Made by a program: the position numbers and the translations under genes. This document shows positions 36,410-48,855 of a stretch of DNA of 64,000 bases, in pieces (the stretch's first letter is position 1; each line of letters opens with the position of its first letter). The notes under the pieces are model-generated. The model saw nothing but the letters and a program-made list of their open reading frames with translations. It searched no databases and was not told the DNA's origin. The stretch covers positions 60,698,001-60,762,000 of the forward strand of contig JBITNC010000001.1 of the NCBI GenBank assembly GCA_050084985.1, given 5' to 3'. Origin of the DNA: Nageia nagi. Its lineage: Eukaryota; Plantae; Pinophyta.

Positions 36410-39400
36410 CTTAACGAGGTCCTACCTTGGAACATCAAGGGTTGTAATGCCCTTGGTAAAAAGAGATCCTTTAGTGATATTTGATGTGATAAAAAATAAA
36501 ACATGGTGTTGATACAAGAATCAAAAGCTAAGGAAGATAGTATAATTGACACAAAGAGAAAATTTTATAAGGATGCCAACTTTCAATGGTAGAATTTAGA
36601 TGATAACTCAGGAGGGCTAATGCTGTATGGGATCCAAACATAATGAAGCTGGGGAACTATCATTGTGAAAATTGATTGAGTAGATATATCCACACTTCAA
36701 TAATCAATGTTGAACATAATTTTGAGTTTATCATTACAAACCTATATGCTCCCAACAACTATGTGGAAAGAAGGAAAGTTTTTGGTCACTAACTAAATAT
36801 AGAATATTATTCCTAGATATCCCTTGTATCATTATGGGGGATTTCAATATAATCCTCCATCCATACAAAAATTAGGGGGAGGTAAAGAAAAAGAGAGTGA
36901 TATGGATGATATTAAGAACTTTCTGGACAATAATAGTCTAATTGATCTGGACTTGACAAGTACATATTTCACATGGAATAATATGCAAATGGAAGATGAT
37001 TTGATCCAAACCAAACTTGATAGAGAAGTGTGCTCCCCTTCATGGTTGGAAAAATTCCTTAACTATGCTTTATTGTCTCAAATCAAAATAATTTCAGATC
37101 ACCTCCCATTACTATTGCAAGCTTCTCAATGTATGAAGAAATAAGTGCCTTCAAATTTGAGATAATATGGATCACTCATCCTTAACTAGATGAAAAAATA
37201 GAGGAATGGTGAAACACAAAGATAAATGGGATAAAACTGTTCCAACTTTAGAATAAATTATGCATTGTGAAAGAAACTTTAAACCATTGGAGTAAGCATA
37301 ACTTCAAACATATTGATAGAGAAAAAGAAGAACTAAGAAGAGAACTTTATCATAACAAAACTTTAATAAAAAAATATGGTAGATCTCTTGAAATAGCCAC
37401 TAGAGAAAATATCCTTAGAGAACAATCCCAAGCTATCATGAAGAGAGAAGAAATCTTCTAGAAGCAAAAATTTAGGATATCATGGATTAAAGTAGGGAAC
37501 ATAAATATAAAATTCTTTACACTTTCTACATTAAGGAGAAGGTCTTGAATAGAATCACCATGCTGGAAAAAGAAGATAAGAGTATAACAAGAATGAAGCC
37601 AAAATCAAAGAGATGGCAGTCTCCTTATACATAAACCTCCTCATAAAATTAGTAAAAGAAAACTAAAACACTGCTAGAGAGCTTCATGACAACATCCCCC
37701 CTCTTATCAATGAAGAAGATAATATGAAATTACTAGCCCCCTTTTCTAAAGAGGAGATCATTTCTATAGTATTCATGATGGATAAGGATAAAGCACTAGA
37801 GCCTAATGGTTTTTCTACAAGGTTCTTTCACCATTTTTGGGATATAATTAGGGAAGATGTGGCAAAAGCCATCCAATAATTCCAAAGACATAATACCCTT
37901 CTCAAGAGCTAGAATTTTAATTTCTTGACTCTCATACCAAAAGTTCAAGGAGCAAATAATCTTAAAAACTTTAGGCCTATAGGCCTTTGTAACATAACTT
38001 ACAAAATCATCACTAAGCTGCATGCAAATAGAATGGCTAAAATTATTCCCAAAATCATCTCTATCAAACAAGATGGCTTTGTAAGAGATAGAAAAATATT
38101 TTATGGAATTATCTTGATGCATGAGACCACACACTCCATCAAATCTTCAAAAGAAGAGGCTATGATCATTAAAATTAACATGCAAAAAGCCTATGATAGA
38201 GTTGCATGGAAATTTCTAGATCAAATCTTGGAGAGGTTTGGATTTTAGAAATAGTGGAGAACTTGGGTGAGCAAATGCATTTCTACTACCACTTTCTCTA
38301 TCCTTGTTAATGGTGAAGCAATTAGATTCTTCAATTCCTCTAGAGGTTTAAGGTAAGGGGAATCTTTTTCACCTTACCTATTTATCACTATGGTAGAGGC
38401 TCTTGGTAGATGCCTAAAGAGAGCCAATTAGACTAGTATTATAAGAGGAATTAGACCCTCTCAAAATGACTCTCCCATCACTCATCACCAATTTGTTGAT
38501 GGTACTATCTTAGTTGGCAAAGCAAGTATAGAAGAAGCCAAAGTCATGAAACCCATATTTGAGAAATATGAATTAGCTTTAGACTAGAAAGTTAATTATG
38601 ACAAAACTAACATTTACTTCTTCAACACTCCCCCTTGGAGAAGTACACTAATGTCTCAAATCTTCCAATGTCAAATGGGTACTCTCCCATCCACCAATCT
38701 AGGTATGCCTCTATTTAAAGGCCATTTCTAGAGAAATTTTTGGAACAAAGTAATGGATAGACTAAAAAATAAAATGGTAGGGTGGAAAGGTACCCTAATA
38801 AGTATGTAAGGGAAAATCTAACATGTTAAAGCCTTTCTTCAAAGTATCCCTATGTATATGGCCAACATTTTCAAAATCCCTACATTAGTTGCTGAAAAGA
38901 TTGACAAATATGTAGAAACTTCATTTAGACTAGTACAAAAGAAAAGAAAAGGATGTCCTAGTATATGGTTTGTAGGAAAAAGAGTGAAGGAGGATTGGGA
39001 ATTAGACAAATCAAATTAGTCAATCAAGTAATGTAGATGAAATTAGCATTATGATAGAATGATGGTAGAGAATGGATCAAGGTCTACAAAAATAAATGTC
39101 TTGAAGGGATCAATAGCTTTCTGAACCTATAAAATCCTCCTACAGGCTCATCTTTCTAGAATGGACTAGTAGAAATGAGAGACCCCATTACAAAAAATGT
39201 TGTATGGGAAGTCAATAATGTTTTGGGATGAAAAATGGATTGGCCCCACCTCCCTAGCAGACCAACTAGAATGGACCTCCTTAATACTATGGAAAAATAC
39301 TAAGATTGGGCTTATAATATTTGACTACATATCTCAAAATGAAGAGAACTCTCAATGGTCCATTCCTATGCCCAACAACCCCATGTTTGTAGAATTAAGA

Positions 39401-40325
39401 ACTTAGCTTCTCCAGAGACTAGACAGAATTCCACTATATCCCACTCAAAAATTAAACTATCTATTTTAGGTGGATGAGAAAGGAAAAAAAATATTATTCA
39501 ATAAAAATTAGTTACAACTTCCTTAATCAAAATTGAATGGATAGCAAAAAATGATTATGGGAAAAGTGTCTGGATAAAAGGCTTATCCACAAAATTGCCA
39601 GCTTCCTTTAGGCAATAGTTCTAAGGAAAATCCACACAATGATGTGCTCAAAAGAATAGGAATGAGTTTCCCAAGTAGATGCATTCTATGTAATAATGTT
39701 AAAGAAACAACAAAACACATTTTCCTTTAATGTGAATATGCTAAGAAGGTATGGGTGACATCTCATTCATTAGCTAGTATGGTTGAGAAATAGAGATTGA
39801 AAGACAAACATTAGAGGTACAAATTGATTTCAGAAATGATCCCTCCACATATTTTCTAGGTAATATGGAAGGAATGGAATGAGAAATTATTCAAGGAATG
39901 CAGCCAAAACCTGGCCAAAATGTGGAAATAATACATAAGCTTACTTCAAGAGAATATGGACTACTACATCCAACTAGACCCCACCAATGATGCTGAGTCA
40001 TTCTCCCTCTAATGCCAGATCCTCCTAGAGCCCATCCTTTCCATCTCAAATGCTAAAATAAGGAAATCCCAATCTATTGGATGATATGGACTACCACAAA
40101 TGAAGTAATAGGGGATGATGTGATCATAGGCACATTGCAAATTTTGAATTGCCCCTCCAATATTAATTCCTTAACTTATGTGACTAATAGAAATGAGCCA
40201 AAACATGATGAGTACAAACTTTAAGGTGGAAGTCAGAGAGGTGGAAAACTTCACCTTACTTTAGATATCATCCTTGATCCACTACTTACACCACTTCAAA
40301 AATCCAATTTAGCTCCTCTACATGT
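36410..40325 (+). pseudogene. LINE ORF2 relic (APE endonuclease, RT, zf-RVT)
   Basis: Endonuclease: WNIKG, YFTWNN...KLDR, SDHLP. RT: LIPKVQGANNLKNFRPIGLCNITYKII, KINMQKAYDRV, THHQFVD. zf-RVT: SRCILCNNVKETTKHIF. C-terminal IWKEWN. Confidence 0.92.
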
Positions 40326-40344
40326 AAGTATTGCTACCCCGATC

Positions 40345-41908
40345 ATGGGTAAGAGTTGCATGGGTAAACCAAACAACTTTTGTGAAGTTCAAGGGGATCA
40401 CAATGTATGGGATATAATTTATAAAAAAGGGGTGCAAAGTTATATCATGAATTATCAGGGCCATGAACCTACTTTGGAAGACAAGATGGTAAGCAACTAT
40501 GATAATGGATGGATGATAATTGGAATAGTCCAAGTCCATCTCTCCATGGAAGTAATTATAGAAGATAATGCCTTAATTCTTGAGGGGAGACTATTAAAAC
40601 AAAAATCAAAGGTTAGGCCCAAGGAATTTTAAGCATTTTTTGGCCCTGGGAAATCCCTTATTAAAAAAAGGATTGGAATTGATCATGAAAGGCTCTTGGC
40701 ACTATGGATCACATCTCCAAATGGGTGACTAAATACTTCATGCTGGATGGTAGGTACACTATTATTTTTGGCCCTAACGTGGTTCTTCTATGTCATTTCA
40801 TATGGGGGGAGACATTTTGTATCTATTTCCCTTTCTTTCTTAGGGAATTGATTACGACCTTTGTTAGTTAAGTCAAGAATAGAAAATAAATCCAATTAAG
40901 ACACCTAGGCCTTATCACATTCCTCTATTGGGAAGCCTTCATGGAAACCCTAGGGAAAAAATCAATTTTAGTTAGGTAGTCAAAGGAAGTAGCTCTGGTA
41001 AAGATATCCCAATGAAATCTAGAAAGGTTAAGGAGAGAACCTATAGAAAAGAGCCCCAACGTACTCCAAGTCTAACCAAAAAGAAAAAACCAAATGAGAA
41101 ACATGATAGGAAAAAGGAAAAAATAATAGAGAAGGTTAGATCCCCTAGCAAGCCTAAGAGTAGTCATAAGTTCTTTATGGCACACACCCCTCAAACTAAC
41201 CATTGAATGTTAACTAGATCCCAAAGCTCTAAGGGAAAAAAGGTAAATCCTAAATAATATAGGGATAATGTTATGAATATTCAAGATGAAAGCCAAGTCA
41301 AGGAAACCCCCATGGACCCTACTAAAAAATAGAAAAAAACCCCTCCCTCTTATCCAAAAAAGATTTTTAGACCACCATTTCCATAGGAGGAACATCAAAA
41401 GAGCCATTAGAGCTATAAGAACCTCCATAAAAAATCCCTAAGCCTATCATGGACCCTAAGACATAGGCCATAGAAGATACCCCTAAGAAGAATCATGGGG
41501 GTGACTATGCAAAGCCTGCTACAGATAAGGAACAAAAAGTTTGAGGAATGTGAAGCTATGCCTACCCCTATTGTTAGGTCATAAGCTATACATTCTGATA
41601 ATATGCCTCCTGATATTCCATCACAGACACAAGAACAATCTAGGCAAAGTAAAAATATGGAATAAACTCAACCCAACAAAGAATGAAACCCCTTAAAGAA
41701 GAGAAATGCAGAAGAAAGGCACAACCCTAAAGCAAAAGATAAGACCCCCAAGATTCTTAATATTAAGCCTCTAGCTTGGGTCCTAACATACCATCCCATT
41801 CCCATAGATGATGCCTCAATACTATGATTCAAAGTCCAAACCAGAGTTGAAGTAAAAAAGAAACAAAAGTAGGTTACTCGTAGAAGGAAAGGGGGGAAGA
41901 AATCTTAA
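40345..41908 (+). pseudogene. Putative third ORF of the LINE: structured N-terminal domain plus K/P/E-rich tail
   Basis: ORF 40345-40632 continues through stops and frameshifts into KYFMLDGRYTIIFGPNVVLLCHF (40731), FPFFL and HLGLITFLY (40902), then basic low-complexity sequence ending VTRRRKGGKKS* at 41908. Confidence 0.6.
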
Positions 41909-42836
41909 TTTCTAGCATGTTATAAGTTATGCTCACTCGTAGAATATAGTATGTATTATAGTTTGACATATATTCTAATGAAGTTATGGAATTTTTTTAG
42001 GTACTATCTATCCTCTTTTTGGCTACCACTAAGTATAGCTAGGTAACTATTTTAATTTACTGAAATCATTTTTGTGACCATTTTTGGGGATCTAACCTAA
42101 ACTCCATGTTTTGATAATATAATTTACCTTTTATTATCACCTATAGTGAGGTTTAACTCAAGATGATAAAACTAAAATTTTAAGGAGATGACCACAAGGA
42201 GGCTCTTATACCACATGAAGGAATTGAAGAATTCCACAACCAAGATCAATTGTACAAACTCTAACAAATTAGTAGTCAAATTACTCTTCAAAATAAAAAT
42301 CTCTTGAAAGACACAACAATAAGCAATCTTAAAAAGAAGCACATAATAAGTATAGTGGTTCCTCTCTAAGAGAGTACATCCACTTGAATCTAAATCTATT
42401 AATTCTCAAGAAAAAATCTAAACTAATTGCATAACAATGCTTCTACAAGTGTACGTTTTACAACAAGCCTAGCCTTCCTTTTATAGGCATAAATCCTACT
42501 TTGGTACACCCTTTATACCAACATCCATAGGATATCCACATCCTCACATTAGGTGATAATGGTAGGTGGAAGACTTTTTACCCATACCAATTACACATGC
42601 CCATACTTAAATTTTAAGAATGTGGGACTAAATGCATATGTAGATATGCCCTAATATAAAATAGATGGGGTTCTACATTTGCATATGGATAATCCACATA
42701 ATAAATGGATTATTCCATATTATAAAATATTTTCCTTCTAACTTAGGTATTGTATATGTTACTTTATTTTTAATTAATTAGGAATGATACACCTATGTTA
42801 TTTATACAATAATGCATTATAAGTTCTAATAGAAAT

Positions 42837-44403
42837 ATCATCCTATTGAAGTCATTGATGAAGGTCAAGATGTAAGAAGCTGCCCTAAGAGACTTAGTTT
42901 CAAATGGACCTATCAAATTTGAATGCATAAGCTGAAGAGGTTATGATGCCCTTTTTTCCTTATATTTTTCAAAATTTTGTCTATTCATCTTGCCTAAGAT
43001 GCACTTCAAGACCAATTGTGGGTGATATCGATGATAAACCTTTCACAAGTTCTTGATTTTTTCATATCTTGAGTGCTCTTATGGTTATGGTATCCTAATC
43101 AATGGTGTAGAAGATTTCCCCTATAGTAAATATTTGTAGTAAGGCACATATTTTTTGGCACTTGATCTATAATGTAGAGATCATCTTTCATTGATCCTTT
43201 CACCAAAGTGGCAAGTCCATTTTTAATGCGTTAGGAGTGTGAGTTGAACTTGAATGAGTACACTATCCTTGCAACTTGAATTATGAAAAGAAGGTTCATA
43301 TTGAGTTTAGGAACATAGAGCATATTTTCAAGAACCTTCCCATGTATAAACAAATTCCAAATCCCTTGGAATTTAGGGATAGAATTATCACCTATCACAA
43401 CTACATCCTTTCTATACTTACGAAAATTTTCAAATATATCCTTTTCAAAATACATGTGATTAGTTCACCTAGAGTCAAAAATCCAATCATTCGAGAAAGC
43501 ATGAGACTTGAAGTAAAGACCAAAAATAAAAGCAAATTTATTATTCTTTTTATTTCATTTGAATTTGTTTGATTTTTTAGTTCCTTTGCCACCTTGTTCT
43601 TTCTTTTGCTTGTATCAATATGATTGCTTATGACCATAGATACCACAATTACCATCAAATTTGTCTTTGAATTTGGATTTTCCATACTTCTCTTAACAAT
43701 TCTATTATTTATTTCCACCTTTCTTGAAATCCTTTTTTGAAGCATGGGAATATTTCTTTCAATTGTGGATTTTCTTTTTGAAGTGAGTCTTCATTGGTCC
43801 AAGTTCCATAGGATGCTCCTTAGGAATGGAGATCAACAACTTTTTGTTGAGATTTTCCTCATATTTTAGGAGAACCCTTGAAATATTTTCCATGGCATTG
43901 AGCCTTGTTTCAATAACTATCATGAAGTGAATAATTTTAGAAGAGAGACTTTAAAGGATGATGAACACCATAAACTTATCATTGATCCAATTGCATCCAC
44001 ATCCCACAAGTTGGGTCCTAAGATTAACAATCTTTTTCAAGTATATTGCAACACTTTCATTTTCCTCTTGACATGATTACAATAATTTTTTAAGAATGGT
44101 GAACCTCCTAGAGAATTTGGAGTTGAGGTAGATTTTCTTCAATCTGTACCAAGCTTCTTTTATGGAGTTTAAAGAGGAGATCATGAGGAGAATTTCATTT
44201 AAAACTACATGAAAGATCATAGAGATTGCCAACTCATTCTTTGTGTTGTAAGCCTTAAGTGCCTTCTCATATATTGGATTAACTTGGTTTTCATCTATAG
44301 TTTGTCACATTTTTCATGCTTGGAGTTCTAATTTCATCTTAGGTTCCCAAATACCATAGTTGGAATAGTCTAGGATATGCTTGGATATAAAGGAGTCTCC
44401 CAT
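42837..44403 (-). pseudogene. Copia A gag, protease and integrase N-terminus
   Basis: Start MGDSFISKHILDYSNYGIWEPKMKLEL. Protease WIFDSR...HMY and ENMLYVPKLNMNLL. Integrase YILTFINDF. Confidence 0.85.
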
Positions 44404-47400
44404 TTGATACAAAAGAAGGAGAAAGAGTTAACCAATGTAACCATGATAAATTTATGAATTGAATTAATCAACCATGTTGAGTTTGTTCAAATAAATCATA
44501 CATATATGTTAAGATTTGTTCAAATTAATTAACCATACATGTTAAATTAATTAATCATACATATTGAATTTTAACCAAGGATAACCAATAAGATAAGCTT
44601 AAGTTGTTTAACCAATTTTACATATGCAAAAGGTTTACAATCAAATCAAGTGATATATCCCATACATCCAATATTTTTTCATAACCAAGTAACATAGTTG
44701 TAAGGAGGGTAAATTTGAGGCTTGTTTTCTTGTTTAAAATTAAGCCTTCACCTAGATGCCCACATAGAGCCCAAGTCCTACCAATCCTCAAATAATTCCC
44801 CTTGGTCAATAATATACTATCACAATAAGGAGTAATAATTATTTTCTAAGGGTGTTACATATGTTAGATTGACCAAATTATTATCTTGATTAGGTTTCAA
44901 GTTATCCTCCTACATTATCAAGATAATTCCTAAATGGATGTGCAGACATGTGGTATCACTACACACATGTATATCTACTTATATGTACTTATTTCTAGAC
45001 CAAAAAAGGACTTAGGGGAAATTAAGAGTAAAAAATTCATACTATTTGGATCATTAAATTGAAGGCTCCAGTCTAGCTTATCCTCCCCTCATGGATTCCC
45101 AAACAAGTTATGTTATGGAATATACATGAAGATGTGTTTATTTTAGGGGGTTCACTTTCAATTTTTGTGATTTTTGTAAAAGTAAAGAAAAGGTACATAA
45201 CATAAATTAAAGTGTATAAAAAATGATACATCATCCAAAATTGAAACTTCAAGAGTGTCCAATATGTTTTGTCACAACCCCAAGAGGACTTCTTTCCAAA
45301 AAAAATGCATGGGTTCATTATTTTGAAGTAACAAAAAATCTCCCCTTTTTACTTAAAAAAGTTGAACTAAATAATTCCCTTCATCACTATTAAAATACTC
45401 AAAAATATTTCCTTTACTTGCAAGTTTACCTTAAAAAATTACTTTAACTTAAGGAATTAAAAATTTCCACATATTTATCAATTCATCCCCTTCAATGACT
45501 TAAAAAAAACAATGCAATTTTACCTTATACAAATATTTTAGTACTAAGGGAAAGAAGTAAAATTATTCCCCTCTTTTTAACACTTAGGTAAAAAATATCT
45601 CCATAAAAAAAAATTGCTACTAAAATTTTTCTCCCCCTTTTTAAAGATAATGACTTAAAATATCCCACCCTTTTTTTGAAAGAAATTAACTCTTATATAT
45701 ATATAGTACTCCTCTTAAAAACAAGTTAAAAAATAAAACCCCTTTAATTTTAAATTTTAAGAGGAATGATGACAATGCATTAAATTTAAACTCAAGATGT
45801 TTACTCTACTTGCAAAAAAATAATTCAAATTTTGACCCCTCCTCCACTCCATGTCAAATTCATTAATGGCACAACATGATGGTTCAAAAACATTACTTGC
45901 TTGGCAAGTAAAAAAAAATGATTTGGAAAGTAATAAAAAAGGAAACCATAAAAAATAAAGATATCCTCCAACATATGGAGATAGTAGTGGTCATGGGGGG
46001 GTGGGGAGGGGGATCCTAAGTGACCATGTGAGGCATGTGGACCATGTGGGTTGGGGGCATTGCAACCTATATGTTTAGGTGGGTGGCATTCAGGCAAGAT
46101 AAATCAAGATGGTATTGGATGTGAGGGGGTCATATGGCTAGAGGAAGGTAGGTAAGGCTTCGTGTAGGAGGTAGAAATGGTAGCAGATGGTGGAGGATGC
46201 CCACAGAGAGATGAATTAGGTTTTAAGTGGCTAGTAGAGGTGGTGGGGTGGGGTTGCTAGGCCATGGAGGCCACATGGTAGATATGTGAAAGGGAGACCT
46301 AGGTAGAAATGGATGGGCAAGGTGCATTGATTTCCATATTGCAATCAATTTTATTTCCAACAAGGATTGTAAAGCTAGGGTTTGTAGAGGAAATATTGAT
46401 CAAGAGGAGCAAATGCAAAGGCAACATAACCATGTTGGCATATGGAGGCCCAAGCTAAGTGTGATGGTAGTGTCTTCCAATGATGATGGAGGTTAGAGGG
46501 CTAGGTGTGACCTTGAGCATCAATGGCAAAAGGAGGAGAGAAACTAAGGTGGTTGATGGGTCTACGCTTGATGGTGGGTCAGGACACTAGTCAAGTGTGG
46601 GGTGGTGTAGCCACCCAAAAAATTTCATTGTAATAAAAAAAATAAATGTATATATTTTTTCATTTTTTGTTAAATTTAAAGACCCTCTTTACTATATAAA
46701 TTGAAGGTTTTCAAAAAATAATAAATTCCCCTATTCCTTTATAATATTTAAGATTGAAAATAAAGTTACCCCTTTTTTTTTTTTATTTTATGCATTTAAA
46801 ATATTTCAAATAAAATAAAGCCCCTTCGCCATTTAAAACAACAAATAACATGTTTTGCAAAACAAAAAATGCAATTTTTTTGTACACTAATCTTTCTTTT
46901 GATATTCCTTTTATTTTAAAAAATTTCAAACTAAAGGTATGCCAAGCTTTAAACAAATTTATAGCAATATGTTAAGCAATTTTTGTAAAAAAACTTTTCA
47001 ACTAACATAAAAAATGTTAGTATAATCAAAATTGTATCATATTGCTACTTTTTAAGCAAGTTTTGCTAAAATAAATTGAACTAACACATAACACAAAATA
47101 TGTTAGTATCATGTAATAATTCAAAAAAATAAAGGAGAGGAAAGTTATACCTTGAATGGTTTTACCTCACAAAAAATAAAGATGAGCCTCCAAAGAAGGA
47201 GTAGGAATGACCTCCAAGATTTTAATAGGAGCCTCCAAGAATGGCTCTAGATACCAATTGAAGGAACAAGCCTACAAGATTAAAATTCCTAAAACCAAAT
47301 ATCACATGAAGACTCTCCATAATATCATCACAATAGCATTAAGAATACACACATTCACACGCACACACACACAAAGATAACATTCACCCAATATGACACC

Positions 47401-48182
47401 AATATAAAATGGTTCCTCCAATAATTGGGGTACATTCATTAATCTAAGATCATATTTTTCAAAGAACACTCTCTTACAACAACCCTTTCTTATATCTCCT
47501 ATAACCTAAACAAGAGCATAACTTTGATACAAACTTGATGAGAGTGATCTCAAGGAGAGGGCCTTCTATTTATAGGCCAAAATCCTCCCTTGGATCACCC
47601 TACTAATTATTTCACAATGTCATGACATGCATCACCATTTTACCCAAGAGGCATGCTCATGAGATGGAGTGTAGGACAAGTTACATTATGAAATTCACAA
47701 ATACATAAAAGGTATATAGGGATGCTTTCAAGTATTAGTAAATTTACATTATCATATTCATTATTAAGTGAATTACTTTAAGAGACCTTACAATAATTCA
47801 TTATACATTCCAACATATTATTATGATATTTAATACTTAAATAAGAAGGAACAAGAATCCTAGGAACATGTGTGATGAATTTAGAAGATTTATCATGACT
47901 AATTAATGGAGAAGGTTTATCTTGATTAATTAATAGATAAGGTTTATCATGACTAATAAGTTTCTAACTCACACACTAACCTAACCATTATGCTTTATAC
48001 TTATTCAAGATGCACCATCAAATTACCCTTCTTAGTTTCTATAGCATCTCTATCTTATTACACTTATTCAAGTCAACCCATCAAGCTATCCATGTCAAAC
48101 ATCACTACATCCATTTGAATTTTATTTAATGTAATCTCATTGCATAAGATTACAATTTAACATGCTTCAAACCCTAAGGTTC

Positions 48183-48206
48183 TTCTCTCTCCCTCTCTCT
48201 CTCTCC

Positions 48207-48237
<31 letters not shown>
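48183..48237. repeat. (CT)n / poly-C compound microsatellite within the X LTR (homologue at ~1225-1270)
   Basis: Direct observation. Confidence 0.9.
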
Positions 48238-48748
48238 ACTTCCAACTACCTTTACCTCTAACCTCACAACTCTTTTCCTCCATAACACATCACTTACTAC
48301 ATGTACTCGATCCTCCATTGTAAAATGAGGATCCTCATCTTTTTATATATCCCCAAAATATGATCTTAATGCACCAACCTCTATTGCCTTTGTTACTATT
48401 GAACTAATCCCTTCATTTGCCAAAAATATCCCCAAGGAGCACTCATCTTCACTTTTGTTATACCCTCATTTGTATATTGTTACAAATGATAGTGTTTTCA
48501 ATATCTCTCTCTTCATCCTTTACCTATTTTTTTTTTGTAAGTATCCTCCTAGATCCACATCAAAATACCTTAAGTCTCCTCCATGCTACCCACCATTAGT
48601 TATACTTTGGTACCTCCATGCCACTCGTCATTACTTATACTAAGGAATCATACTTGTACCATTAACATCAAGTACTACTTTAGGATCATAAGATAATTTT
48701 ATAGGATCCACACACTAAGCTTGAGGTCTCCCATATTACACCACCTTA

Positions 48749-48853
48749 TGTTAGGTTTAAATGATTTCATATAATTGAGCAAGTAATTCTCTTACTCCTT
48801 GGTAAAATAAACAACAAGTATATTAAAGAAAAATAGTAAGAAATCATACATAA
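48749..48853 (-). mobile_element. Short LTR fragment related to Copia T
   Basis: tgttaggtt...ctccttggtaaaa...aaaatagtaag.aatca matches 9626-9730. Confidence 0.75.
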
Positions 48854-48855
48854 AA

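Larger units (their letters stand above)
34985..42119 (+). mobile_element. Near full-length L1-clade LINE (decayed) inserted in the leader of element B
   Basis: ORF1, ORF2 (endonuclease, RT, zf-RVT) and an extra ORF appear in order. Candidate TSD taatttac.tt.tatta (34968-34984 and 42120-42136, 15/17). No clear poly(A). Confidence 0.85.
21493..42831 (-). mobile_element. LTR element B, related to A and apparently non-autonomous (no pol), inserted in the integrase of A
   Basis: LTRs at 21493-22154 and 42216-42831. TSD aaaat/gaaat. PBS reverse complement ggctcttatacca at 42201-42213. PPT-like ctccttctt at 22155-22163. Removing B rejoins the A integrase (YILTFINDFNRM / YLIKHKDQTFERFKDFKALVEN). 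Confidence 0.9.
17952..47815 (-). mobile_element. Copia element A (both LTRs, TSD TATTA), expanded to ~30 kb by nested insertions
   Basis: LTRs at 17952-~18490 and 47259-47815 (TG...CA). TATTA at 17947-17951 and 47816-47820. PBS reverse complement ggctctagatacca at 47243-47256. Confidence 0.95.
17505..48743 (-). mobile_element. LTR family X, copy 2: PBS 17615-17627; LTR 17629-17951 plus 47821-48743, split by Copia A
   Basis: Joining 17951 to 47821 restores colinearity with the uninterrupted copy at 585-1706. Confidence 0.85.
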
